From Candidatus Zambryskibacteria bacterium RIFCSPHIGHO2_02_FULL_43_14 (GTDB lineage Bacteria > Patescibacteriota > Minisyncoccia > Phycocordibacterales > Zambryskibacteraceae): DNA of 46,290 nt. The stretch is taken from positions 1-46,290 of the forward strand of contig MHVR01000015.1 in the NCBI GenBank assembly GCA_001825315.1, in the 5' to 3' direction. The notes under the pieces are model-generated. The model made no database searches. It saw only the letters and a program-made list of their open reading frames with translations, and was not told the origin of the DNA. Shown in pieces: positions 1-9,120 of this stretch (positions are counted from its first letter, which is position 1; each line of letters begins with the position of its first letter). The translations under genes and the position numbers were made by a program.

Positions 1-206
1 GGATTGTAACGAAGAGAGTAAATATCTACACCATCGATGGCTGCTCCTTTGGTATCTAAGTTAATGTCTACTGTGAAGGTCTGACCGACGGGAATAGTAG
101 TAGATGACGGAGTAAGAGTCAGCACAGCCACTGGTATAGAATTTAAGCCTGCAGAAAGTTGCGCCAGTAAAACAAAAATGTAACCTAAAATTGTTTTTTC
201 TATCAT
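1..206 (-). CDS. Secreted cohesin-domain protein (5' part only, runs off window; possible scaffoldin)
   Basis: Not in the ORF track. Hand translation from ATG at 206: MIEKTILGYIFVLLAQLSAGLNSIPVAVLTLTPSSTTIPVGQTFTVDINLDTKGAAIDGVDIYSLRYNP. This is a signal peptide followed by a cohesin-like N-terminal strand pattern that aligns with 10733..11296 (FAIDIVLDTANQPIDGVDVFVLHYDP). Confidence 0.75.
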   Translation of the reverse strand, partial: MIEKTILGYIFVLLAQLSAGLNSIPVAVLTLTPSSTTIPVGQTFTVDINLDTKGAAIDGVDIYSLRYN

Positions 207-220
207 AGTCTAATTATACA
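207..220 (-). promoter_or_regulatory. Leaderless-type -10 promoter (TATAAT) for the cohesin gene
   Basis: Minus strand reads TG-TATAAT-tagact-ATG; the consensus -10 lies 6 nt before the start codon and there is no SD. Confidence 0.55.
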
Positions 221-246
221 AATTTTTTGTATTAAATAAATTTCGA

Positions 247-405
247 TTATCCACTCTTTAGCCAATTCCCGTTCATGATAGAAAAGTCTAAGGAGTTCAC
301 AATGCCATCCTCATTCAAATCAACCGTTGAATCATTCGTAAACCACCTGCTGTTCATTATAGACCAATCCAAGGAATTTACTATATGATCGTTGTTTATA
401 TCTCC
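247..405 (-). repeat. Dockerin-coding repeat copy 9
   Basis: ~159-nt unit recurring nine times in 247..14729. Confidence 0.85.
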
Positions 406-1731
406 TTTGAAAATTGGAGGAATCACAGTAGGGGTTGGAGCAGGTGTGGGAGAAGTTCCACTTGAGCTTATTTTAAATACATGAATAATTGGTGTAAGCC
501 CGTTGGCAAAACTTTCGCTTACGTAAAGCAAGCTGTTGTTGCGGTCAAAAGTCATTAAAACAACTTCAGCCCCGCTACCAGTAGTCAGAAAAGTCGGCGC
601 ATAATTTCTCAAAAAATAGGGAGTCATATCAAACTTGGCATACCATTGCGGAATCCAGGAAGATTTTGTTCCATTAGCCACATCAGCCATGTCTTTCGGA
701 TCATAAAACAGCATTGCCGCTTGCGGTTCTCCCGCACGCCAGCCTCTTTGGCCTTTGCAGGTTCCGGACGGCTCGCAAGCATTCGGCACAGTCCAATTTT
801 CATATCCATAATAACTTTTCGCGGGATTATTATCTATTATGCCGCTTATGGCAACAGCAGCTTTATCGCCTAGAGTAAGCCACGCCCCGCCCTGGTAAGC
901 ATTGGCTGTTGAGTGCTGCTTGCTCCACTTTGATTGGTCTAAAAAAGGACCAAATTCCATTAACTTAGAACCGCTGATGCTTTCTCCTGCTGCGGTGGCA
1001 GTATTGGAAGCATAAAGATTGGTTCCTTCCCGGTCGCACCATCCTCTATGCCGACCGGTTGCCACATACTTTCCGCCAAGATTGGCATCAGCAAAAGATT
1101 TGGGAATCTCCATAATGTACCTTGTTGAGGTGAAAGGGTGTAAATTACTCCCATTAAGACTTACATACCACAGACCATTGGTTTGCGGATTGGACAGGTT
1201 GGGTGAAAAACGACCAAGGCCCGGGGCATTGCCGGGCAAAGAGCAGTCGGATTGGGAATCAGAGTAATCCTGCCCTTGGGTAAAATAGATTTTTCCATCG
1301 GATGGAATATAAGTCATGCCCATTATAAAACCTGTTTTATTGGAAATTCCGGCAGTTACATCTTTGAACGGCTGTAAAAGCGTGGCGGTGGGCAAATCGC
1401 TTAAGTTTTTGGAAATTATCGGCTTAGGAATACCTACTTCCGCAACTTTGGTTGCGTAAACATGACCTCCGACAAACAAAGAGCCAGAATAACCGTCAGA
1501 GGATCCGCCGGGATCGCCGCTCGGATAAAAAGCTATCGGCGCGTTAGAATATTCAAAAACGCCGTAACTGCCGTCATTTACGGAGGGCAGTTTGAATGCG
1601 CCCAAATAACTAATGTCGCTTGGCTGAATCAAAGAGGAAGCCGCGGCTTTGGACAAAAAATTCCCAGAAGGATAAATGAATACGCTGACTGCAAACAATA
1701 TTGCAAAAAAATAGCGGGTAGAATTTTTCAT
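247..1731 (-). CDS. Secreted protein, unknown (possibly beta-propeller) domain + Pro/Thr linker + C-terminal dockerin
   Basis: Signal peptide; SPTPAPTPT linker; GDINNDHIVNSLDWSIMN...DLNEDGIVNSLDFSIMNGNW duplicated Ca-loop motif. Confidence 0.8.
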   Translation of the reverse strand: MKNSTRYFFAILFAVSVFIYPSGNFLSKAAASSLIQPSDISYLGAFKLPSVNDGSYGVFEYSNAPIAFYPSGDPGGSSDGYSGSLFVGGHVYATKVAEVGIPKPIISKNLSDLPTATLLQPFKDVTAGISNKTGFIMGMTYIPSDGKIYFTQGQDYSDSQSDCSLPGNAPGLGRFSPNLSNPQTNGLWYVSLNGSNLHPFTSTRYIMEIPKSFADANLGGKYVATGRHRGWCDREGTNLYASNTATAAGESISGSKLMEFGPFLDQSKWSKQHSTANAYQGGAWLTLGDKAAVAISGIIDNNPAKSYYGYENWTVPNACEPSGTCKGQRGWRAGEPQAAMLFYDPKDMADVANGTKSSWIPQWYAKFDMTPYFLRNYAPTFLTTGSGAEVVLMTFDRNNSLLYVSESFANGLTPIIHVFKISSSGTSPTPAPTPTVIPPIFKGDINNDHIVNSLDWSIMNSRWFTNDSTVDLNEDGIVNSLDFSIMNGNWLKSG

Positions 1732-1741
1732 ACTCTTTTTT

Positions 1742-3637
1742 TCAATGCTTTATATGAAGCGTACTGCCGAGGAGAATGCCATTGGCCCAATAAAATCCGG
1801 TGTTGCCCGATGGTAGTATATCGTATGTAGCGCCGTCATCGTAGGAAACGCGCTCAACGCTTGCGACCAAAGCCCCATCATATAGATCCCCGGGCCTAAG
1901 ATCACCAACAGTTCGTCCGTCACTGGTAGGATGCCCGGGAGAAACTAACAATTCCCTGCCATCATCTAGAATTAAACGGGCCATTTGATGAGATGGCGAC
2001 ACCTGAACCTTTGAAGTTTTAATTACAGAGCCTAAAACGCGGTCGCCTTCTTTGCCCGCTGTCCAAACAGACATACCGGTTTGTAGATTTTTTACCCTAA
2101 CCGATCCGAAAGGCGTATCAATGAGCGTATCTTCTGCAAGACAAATGGGACAAGGGCGATTTAAATCCATAATTTTAGCAAAAGTTGCGGTGTCCCCTTG
2201 AATTGACGCCAACGTTAGAGTAATTGTGCAGCCATTGCTTGCTGTTTCTCCAATTTTCAGCGTGACCGGATATCCTTGATTTACAGCCACCGGATATTCC
2301 GGATAATTCAACCCGGTCACATAGTCAGCGTATATTTTTTGTAGAATAAACGGGCCTTCTCGCTGGCCTTCCTTGAGTGTAACATGTGAACTTCCAAGCC
2401 CACTTTTCAGCCAGTTCCCGTTCATAATTGAGAAATCCAGAGAGTTCACGATTCCGTCACTGTTTAAATCAGCAGCGCTATCGCTGGTAAACCACTTACT
2501 GTTCATAATTGACCAATCTAACGAATTAACAATACCATCTCTATTAAGATCACCCTTCAACGTACTGATTGGCGGGGTTAAAGACGCTGATTTTAATCTA
2601 ATCCTGAATATTCTGTCATCATTTGATGCTGGAGTTCCGCGGCCATCTTTATTGCTAGTTGAAAAATATAACCAGCCGTCATGCGCCACAATACCTCGCA
2701 GTCTGCCGAAATTTTGGAAAAGAGCTTGATCCATCACTAAATTATTGTTGTTATCTACTACTACTCTTCTGATTTGTTTGCCTCTTAATCCAGCCATATA
2801 GATATCGCCTTGATATACGGCTATACCAGAAGGAGCCAAGGTAAATTCAGAAAAGCATCTTATGGGCTGCTTAATATTAGGATCAGATTCATTGCACTCA
2901 ATATCAGGCCAGCCATAATTATTTCCCTTTACCGCCAAATTTAGTTCATCATTGCTGTTATTGCCGTGCTCGGCCGCATAAAAAGAGCCGTTTGAAGGGT
3001 TCCAGGCTATGCCTTGGGGATTTCTATGGCCATAAGTCCAAACAAGATTGCCGAACGGATTATCGCCTGGGATGCTGCCGTCTTTATTGAGGCGCAAAAT
3101 TTTCCCGGCTAGAGAATTAGTATTTTGCGCGGAGGCCGCGTTAACCGCGTCACCGGTAGTGGAATATAATTTGCCGTCAGGACCGAAAGCAAGTCTTCCG
3201 CCGTCGTGATTGGAAGCAGCTGGAATATTGTCCAAAATCACTGTTTCATTAGTGAGAGATGTACCGTTGAAAATAAATCTTGAAATTCTGTTCCCAGTCG
3301 TGCGAGTATATTGAATATAAATATAATTATTAGAGCCGAAGTCTGGATCCACAGCCAAACCCATTACTCCCGTTTCGGAACCGCTGTACAAACTTGTAAC
3401 CTGTCCTATTGTCTGAATAGCCCCAGATGATTCTCTTAATTTAACAGCACCCGTTCTTTCGGTAAATATCATCCGCCCGTCAGGAAAAAAATCCATTGAC
3501 CAAGGTACACTTAGTCCACTGGCAAATGTCTCTATTTCAAAATCGCTGTCGCTTAGATTAGCGGTTTGGGCTTTAGTTTGTAGAAACGCAATGAGTGTCG
3601 CAAAAAGTATGATTGCAAAAAACCCGATTTTTTTCAT
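1742..3637 (-). CDS. PQQ-dependent glucose/sorbosone dehydrogenase + internal dockerin + Cys-containing domain + C-terminal Hint domain
   Basis: GSDH motifs (GLSVPWSMDFFPDG, NHDGGRLAFGPDGKLY, YGHRNPQG, GNNYGWP); dockerin at 2399..2554; Hint-like C-terminus CLAEDTLIDT...SPGHP...TYDIL...FYWANGILL. Confidence 0.85.
   Translation of the reverse strand: MKKIGFFAIILFATLIAFLQTKAQTANLSDSDFEIETFASGLSVPWSMDFFPDGRMIFTERTGAVKLRESSGAIQTIGQVTSLYSGSETGVMGLAVDPDFGSNNYIYIQYTRTTGNRISRFIFNGTSLTNETVILDNIPAASNHDGGRLAFGPDGKLYSTTGDAVNAASAQNTNSLAGKILRLNKDGSIPGDNPFGNLVWTYGHRNPQGIAWNPSNGSFYAAEHGNNSNDELNLAVKGNNYGWPDIECNESDPNIKQPIRCFSEFTLAPSGIAVYQGDIYMAGLRGKQIRRVVVDNNNNLVMDQALFQNFGRLRGIVAHDGWLYFSTSNKDGRGTPASNDDRIFRIRLKSASLTPPISTLKGDLNRDGIVNSLDWSIMNSKWFTSDSAADLNSDGIVNSLDFSIMNGNWLKSGLGSSHVTLKEGQREGPFILQKIYADYVTGLNYPEYPVAVNQGYPVTLKIGETASNGCTITLTLASIQGDTATFAKIMDLNRPCPICLAEDTLIDTPFGSVRVKNLQTGMSVWTAGKEGDRVLGSVIKTSKVQVSPSHQMARLILDDGRELLVSPGHPTSDGRTVGDLRPGDLYDGALVASVERVSYDDGATYDILPSGNTGFYWANGILLGSTLHIKH
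2399..2554 (-). repeat. Dockerin-coding repeat copy 8 (internal)
   Basis: GDLNRDGIVNSLDW...DLNSDGIVNSLDF...NWLKSG, which continues in frame. Confidence 0.85.
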
Positions 3638-3648
3638 AATTCTTCAAT

Positions 3649-3807
3649 TTAAACAGTCTTCAGCCAGTTTGAATTTAGAATTGAGAAATCTAAAGAATTA
3701 ACAATTCCATCGCTATTCAAATCAACAGTGGTATCATTCGTAAACCACCTGCTGTTCATTATAGACCAATCTAGCGAATTGACTATCTTGTCATTATTGA
3801 GATCACC
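3649..3807 (-). repeat. Dockerin-coding repeat copy 7
   Basis: Same ~159-nt unit. Confidence 0.85.
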
Positions 3808-5637
3808 TTTGAGAAAAGTGGTACTGTTACTATCAATAACAAGTTGCTTAATTTCTTTCATCTTCTGAACAGCCAACCAGCCACGGAGAACGTAACCGTT
3901 ATTTCTCAAAGCCTCGCCGGTTGTGTGAGTAGACGGATCGCCGCCGTATTGGTAAGGATCGCTTCCTCCGCCAAATCCCCCTGCGTTAACGGCATAATGC
4001 ACTCCGTCTCCGGAGAGAAAAGTTCCTCCCCATTCAGAGAATGGCCTGCGAGCCAGCATCTCGGCATTCAAATCAATTAGTGGCAGTTTCATCTCTTTTG
4101 CCAGATTTTTTATAGCATTATTATAAACATCAACCGCGGGATTGAAAGAAGGATTGCCGCTTATGCGATAAGTATAGGTGGAAAGTATTGGAACGATTTT
4201 TTTTGATATTAAAACATCAAGAATTTTTTTTAGATCTGTTACATTTGACGGATTCTCATAATAAAGATTGAATAGCGGGATTGCAAACTGCGCGTCAGGA
4301 AAAGCTGAAACAATAGTTGTTATATTCAGCGAGCTCGGATAGCTAGCGCAATCTTCAAGTTTTTGTTTTGCGGTTACGGAATTGGTATCAGCCGGCATTG
4401 AAGTCCCCAAAAAATCCCAAGTCCCACGTCCATCGCCTACTGTTCTGCTTCGGCTTGGGCAATGGTATTCGGTTGCAAGCGCAAAACCATCATAACTATT
4501 TATTGTAGCTGGAGCGGGACTGGCATGTAGCCACTGCGTAATCATTTTATCTTCAACAGTTTTTCCGTTTCCAGCTCTTGCCCATGCCCCGTAAGAATAA
4601 TCACGAGTCAAAGAATCGCCAAGGTGAAGCAGAAAGCCCTGAATTTTATTGGAACCGGCAAGTATTGATTTTGCATTGGCAACCCAGCCGTTTGACCCAT
4701 CCTGCCAAGCGTCATCATAAGAATTAGCACGATTTTTATTGTTATCTGAAGTCGTTTTGACATTTATTGTTACTACTTGGCTTGCGGATCCTGCCCCGTT
4801 TGTGGCCCTTAATGTATACGTGGTAGAAAGTTTTGGAGAAATTGAACGCGTTCCTGATACAGCAACGGTTCCAATACCATGATCAATATTTACTGCCGTT
4901 GCGTTAATCGCGTCCCAAGAAAGTGTTGTTGATTGTCCAACAATAATCGTAACGGGTGAAGCGGTAAAAGTGGAAACAGGCAACAAGGATTGATTAATGG
5001 ATTGCTGACCAGCAACGTTAACATGGTCAAAAATGGCATCTGTCAATAGACCATCCCTATGACTTGTAACAACCAGTCCAATATAAACATTTGTATTTAA
5101 CGTAAGAATAAGACTTCCTGCCTGGCTCCAACTAATACCGTCATTGGAAGTATACGCAACAAATGAATCGTCTATCCTTTTTAATTTAAGCCAGATCGGA
5201 GCTGTGCCAACGACTGAATTATAATTTGATATCTCGGCAGCCTCGGCGCGCTGTTGAAACGTCAGTCCGTTTGAAGGAGAAACCAGTAGAGCAACATTTC
5301 TTGATCCGGCTGTCAGATTCTCGCGGATCATAATTCCCGCTTTTGCCCACGGGTCGGTTTTTTGGATACTCACGACTTGGGTGATAATTTCCCCATCTCC
5401 GGACAATGGCTGATAAACATAAAAAAACTCATCTCCCCTGTTCCAGATATCATCGCCGGCGCCGCTTAAGTTAAAAACGCCATTGTTTATCAACGCTGTA
5501 CCAGGAGCGCTGACTTCTCCGATATCCTGCGCTAACCAAGGACTTAATAAAGATAATCCAACGGCATGAGTTTTTGGAGTCAAGATAATCAGTGAAATGA
5601 AAAAAAGCGAGATGACAAAAAATAATACACTCTTCAT
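3649..5637 (-). CDS. Secreted ConA-like/DUF1349-like lectin domain + Ig/PKD-like domain + SGNH/GDSL hydrolase + dockerin
   Basis: DIG...GDDIW...WAKAGIMIRE...PIWLKLKR beta-sandwich; FTASPVTIIVGQSTTLSW Ig-like domain; SGNH block I HLGDSLT and block V DGVH; C-terminal dockerin. Confidence 0.75.
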   Translation of the reverse strand: MKSVLFFVISLFFISLIILTPKTHAVGLSLLSPWLAQDIGEVSAPGTALINNGVFNLSGAGDDIWNRGDEFFYVYQPLSGDGEIITQVVSIQKTDPWAKAGIMIRENLTAGSRNVALLVSPSNGLTFQQRAEAAEISNYNSVVGTAPIWLKLKRIDDSFVAYTSNDGISWSQAGSLILTLNTNVYIGLVVTSHRDGLLTDAIFDHVNVAGQQSINQSLLPVSTFTASPVTIIVGQSTTLSWDAINATAVNIDHGIGTVAVSGTRSISPKLSTTYTLRATNGAGSASQVVTINVKTTSDNNKNRANSYDDAWQDGSNGWVANAKSILAGSNKIQGFLLHLGDSLTRDYSYGAWARAGNGKTVEDKMITQWLHASPAPATINSYDGFALATEYHCPSRSRTVGDGRGTWDFLGTSMPADTNSVTAKQKLEDCASYPSSLNITTIVSAFPDAQFAIPLFNLYYENPSNVTDLKKILDVLISKKIVPILSTYTYRISGNPSFNPAVDVYNNAIKNLAKEMKLPLIDLNAEMLARRPFSEWGGTFLSGDGVHYAVNAGGFGGGSDPYQYGGDPSTHTTGEALRNNGYVLRGWLAVQKMKEIKQLVIDSNSTTFLKGDLNNDKIVNSLDWSIMNSRWFTNDTTVDLNSDGIVNSLDFSILNSNWLKTV

Positions 5638-5638
5638 T

Positions 5639-5797
5639 TTACAGTGTTTTCAACCAATTCCCGTTCATGATTGAAAAATCCAAAGAATTGACAATACCGT
5701 CGCTATTTAGATCTGCGGTTGAATCACCGGTAAACCACTTACTGTTCATCATTGACCAGTCAAGAGAATTAACTATGCGGTCGTTGTTAAGATCGCC
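5639..5797 (-). repeat. Dockerin-coding repeat copy 6
   Basis: Same ~159-nt unit. Confidence 0.85.
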
Positions 5798-7297
5798 TTT
5801 GAGAGTTGGGGAAGGAGTTGGGGTGGGGGTTGGAGTAGGAGACGGTGGGGGTGGGCTGATAGAAGGAGGCGGGCAATTAGAAGTGCAATTATTGGATTGG
5901 GTGTTATTACTGCCGCCACTGATACTTATCGTACCGTGGCGAGAATTAACAATTGAATTGTCGTGAATTCTATAGTTGCTGCAGTTTCCATCAATTGTAA
6001 TTTGCGCTTGCCAGGTAAAATTAATGGAATTGTTGGAAAGATAATTGCCAAAGATATCAACATTGTTAGATGAAATTTCGCATGAACCTCTTATGCCAGC
6101 GCCCACGTTATCCGTAATAACATTACCGCTAACCACAAGATTGTCTGGGCTGGCAGGACCCGCAGTATTATCGCTTTCAATTCTTACACCTTCGTAATTA
6201 TTTCTTACAACCGTATTGTTTTTAAATACTACATTTTTTGAACGAATAATGATTCCCGGCCCGGCTCTTTGCTGGTCATATTCTTTGCCATACCCCGCTG
6301 AACATTGCGAACTCCAGCCAGAGTCCATTGATGCGTCATGGAAAACATTATTTTCAAAAGTATGCCCGCCACCGCTGGTAGTATCATCCGTGTGTATCAA
6401 TTCCGCCACATCTTGGGAAAAATCGCTGTTGCGAACAATAATTCCAGGTCCCCCGCCAATACCCATGCTATGACCATTGGTGCCATCTCTGGAAGGAGCG
6501 CAAACATTATTGCCGTTATAGCTCATCTTAATATTTTGAAAAGTTATATATGAAGCTGTGTTGTGCACTTGATAGGCTTGCACTGTAGCGGCAATCTCAT
6601 CAATACCATCGACTACCCAATTACTAACTCCATTATCAAATTCGAGCATGAACCCGCAAGCGGCATAAGTAACTGGCATACTGGTTGGATTAGTGCCATT
6701 AGCTGGGTGATAATATATTTTTTTGGCGCCGGGATCCATATTATACCAATCACCGTTGTTTGGAGGAGAAAAGTTGCCTGTCTTGGTACTTGGAATTAAT
6801 TTGTTGCCATTCCATAACTGACCCCATCGCACAGGATTAAGTGCACCCGTACTCGCCCAGTTGAAACTTATCACCCACCAACCAGCATGACTATCCTGTT
6901 GCCAAGTCCCACCGCCAGACTTAACATCAAAGCGACCATCGAGTAACACGTCTGCGTTATTGTATGCTTTTAAAGTTATCGGATTGCCGCTAGTTCCGCT
7001 TTTCGCCGGAAACATTTCACAATTATTATTTCCTCCTGGAGCATTCGGGTCAATATGATAACTTCCGGCCATAGCGTTTATCACATCCCCCGGACTTAGA
7101 CTGTTACTGGAAACAGCTCGCTCAATTGTTTTCCAGGGTTGAGATTCCGTACCTGGATTTGAATCAGAACCAGATGGTGAAATAAAGTATGTAGCAGCAT
7201 CGACTGAAGAATAGAGAGTGAGGAAAGTAAAAACAACGATACTCTGGATAAAAATTATCTTTTTTAAAAAATCCTTTATTTTTGTTCTCATAATCAT
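5639..7297 (-). CDS. Secreted right-handed beta-helix (pectin-lyase-fold, DUF1565-like start) protein + Pro/Thr linker + dockerin
   Basis: ATYFISPSGSDSNPGTESQPWKTI start motif; Asn-ladder repeats; PPPPSPTPTPTPTPSPT linker; dockerin. Confidence 0.8.
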   Translation of the reverse strand: MIMRTKIKDFLKKIIFIQSIVVFTFLTLYSSVDAATYFISPSGSDSNPGTESQPWKTIERAVSSNSLSPGDVINAMAGSYHIDPNAPGGNNNCEMFPAKSGTSGNPITLKAYNNADVLLDGRFDVKSGGGTWQQDSHAGWWVISFNWASTGALNPVRWGQLWNGNKLIPSTKTGNFSPPNNGDWYNMDPGAKKIYYHPANGTNPTSMPVTYAACGFMLEFDNGVSNWVVDGIDEIAATVQAYQVHNTASYITFQNIKMSYNGNNVCAPSRDGTNGHSMGIGGGPGIIVRNSDFSQDVAELIHTDDTTSGGGHTFENNVFHDASMDSGWSSQCSAGYGKEYDQQRAGPGIIIRSKNVVFKNNTVVRNNYEGVRIESDNTAGPASPDNLVVSGNVITDNVGAGIRGSCEISSNNVDIFGNYLSNNSINFTWQAQITIDGNCSNYRIHDNSIVNSRHGTISISGGSNNTQSNNCTSNCPPPSISPPPPSPTPTPTPTPSPTLKGDLNNDRIVNSLDWSMMNSKWFTGDSTADLNSDGIVNSLDFSIMNGNWLKTL

Positions 7298-7456
7298 CTA
7301 ACCGTTCTTCAACCAATTTCCATTCATAATGGAAAAATCCAGAGAATTAATAATGCCATCGCTATTCAAATCAGCAGTGGTATCGTTTGTATACCATCTA
7401 CTATTCATTATGGACCAATCCAGAGAATTGACTATTTTGTCGTTGTTCAGGTCACC
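7298..7456 (-). repeat. Dockerin-coding repeat copy 5
   Basis: Same ~159-nt unit. Confidence 0.85.
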
Positions 7457-8965
7457 CTTGAGAGTGCCTGATGGCGTTGGGTTAGGACTTGGAATGGGAC
7501 TGGGAGTAGGTGCTGGGCCCGTGCTTCCTCCACTGCCATATTCAACAGCACCTGCATCTGGAGCAGCTCCATTATACGGAAGACTGACTCCGACTCCAGC
7601 AGTCCAAGATATTGACCTATCAACTGTAATGTTGTTGCCAGATTCATCAATAGACACCACTTTAACAATATTAGAGCCGATTTGAATTGTATCCGGATCA
7701 GTCATTCCGTAGCCGTTGTAAAAATAGAAACTTTCTTGGACAGGAACAATGGTACCGGAACCTCCGCTTCGCGTAGTAGTCAGAGCGACACCAGCATCAA
7801 TGGCATCAGAGCCTGCGGCTAATCTAAAATCTGTGGTTGATGGATTGACAAAAAGCTGGTTAAGAGTTTGGGTGCTGAATTTGCCGCCATTTGGTTCTTG
7901 GCCAGTGGCTGATCGCCAGCGGTTGAATTCAGCCAGACTTGTACCATAATTAGTTTCACCATTCAACAAGGCCCAGATAATGCCTTGTGAGGATGGGCGA
8001 TAAACATTGTGTTCCATTCGAATACTAGGGTAGGCACCATCCGCCGGATCTCGGGAATGCTGCATCAAATAATTTGTGGAAAATGCAAAAATATTATTTT
8101 TCACCGCAAACCCTCCCCAGCCTGAGGGACCATCGCCCCATTGCCAGAACAGTATACATTGGTTGCGACAATTGATTACAGAATTGCTGTAAAGCGCATC
8201 ATTTACGAAAGGCTTAACATAAAAAGTAAATCCTGCTCCGTAGATAGTGTTTCGACGTAGAATAGAAAATGTCGGAGCTTTGTCTATCTTGACCCTGTTC
8301 TCGTAAGGATTGCTTGGGCATGAGCCGGTACAATATACGGTGTTGCCATCGTAAACCATGTGATGGGTGTAATCTTCTATGGTGCTTCCTGTCTGGCTAC
8401 CGGCGTCAATAAAATCAGCACCGTCGCCTTCTGGGCCAGGATTATATATTATATTGTTTTTAACTATTACATAAGGCGTGCCATGAGCTTCAATGCCATC
8501 CCAGTTGCCAATCCCTTTCCACTCGTGAATTTTATTGCCTTCAATCAAAAAATAACCAGAATGAGCGTCCCACATGACTATGCCACCTTGAGTACAACTG
8601 TATATATCATTATTGCGAACAGTATTGCGGGTACCACTTAATTCAACACAGCCAAGACCCCCGCCATTTCTAATTACAAACCCTTCAACGACATTATTGC
8701 TTCCACTAAGATTTACCGTACCTTCAACAGTTGGGGTTTCTCCGGGATAGTTTTTAATGGTTTTGCCACTACCAGATACGGAAAATCCGCCGTAATTTCC
8801 ACCTCTTACCTGAATTATATCTCCAGATTGAGAAGAGTTAATGGCTGATTGAAGTTCTGAACTGCTAGAGACAGTTCTCGTGGCTGCAGTGGCAACCTTG
8901 TTAAAGCCAAAAGATAAAATAAACAAAATCCCAAGAATAATAAAATTAAGGATTTGATTCTTCAT
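7298..8965 (-). CDS. Secreted right-handed beta-helix protein + choice-of-anchor-Q-like tail + dockerin (paralog of 11320..12960)
   Basis: Start refined to ATG 8965 (ATGA overlap with the upstream stop); beta-helix repeats; DFRLAAGSDAIDAG...PDAGAVEY; dockerin. Confidence 0.8.
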   Translation of the reverse strand: MKNQILNFIILGILFILSFGFNKVATAATRTVSSSSELQSAINSSQSGDIIQVRGGNYGGFSVSGSGKTIKNYPGETPTVEGTVNLSGSNNVVEGFVIRNGGGLGCVELSGTRNTVRNNDIYSCTQGGIVMWDAHSGYFLIEGNKIHEWKGIGNWDGIEAHGTPYVIVKNNIIYNPGPEGDGADFIDAGSQTGSTIEDYTHHMVYDGNTVYCTGSCPSNPYENRVKIDKAPTFSILRRNTIYGAGFTFYVKPFVNDALYSNSVINCRNQCILFWQWGDGPSGWGGFAVKNNIFAFSTNYLMQHSRDPADGAYPSIRMEHNVYRPSSQGIIWALLNGETNYGTSLAEFNRWRSATGQEPNGGKFSTQTLNQLFVNPSTTDFRLAAGSDAIDAGVALTTTRSGGSGTIVPVQESFYFYNGYGMTDPDTIQIGSNIVKVVSIDESGNNITVDRSISWTAGVGVSLPYNGAAPDAGAVEYGSGGSTGPAPTPSPIPSPNPTPSGTLKGDLNNDKIVNSLDWSIMNSRWYTNDTTADLNSDGIINSLDFSIMNGNWLKNG

Positions 8966-8982
8966 ATTTGTTTTAGCCAATT
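8843..8982. repeat. 140-bp gene-junction duplication, copy A
   Basis: Matches 12838..12977 with 6 mismatches by manual comparison. Confidence 0.85.
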
Positions 8983-9120
8983 CCCGTTCATGATTGAGAA
9001 GTCCAAAGAATTAACAATACCGTCGGTGTTTAGATCGGCAGTGACATCATTCATAAACCACCTGCTATTCATTATAGACCAATCCAGAGAATTGACTATG
9101 CGATCATTGTTAAGGTCACC
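8962..9120 (-). repeat. Dockerin-coding repeat copy 4
   Basis: Same ~159-nt unit. Confidence 0.85.

Noticed and set aside
1742..2143. Canonical protein-splicing intein
   Set aside because: No terminal His-Asn plus nucleophile and essentially no C-extein; treated as a cleavage-type Hint domain.
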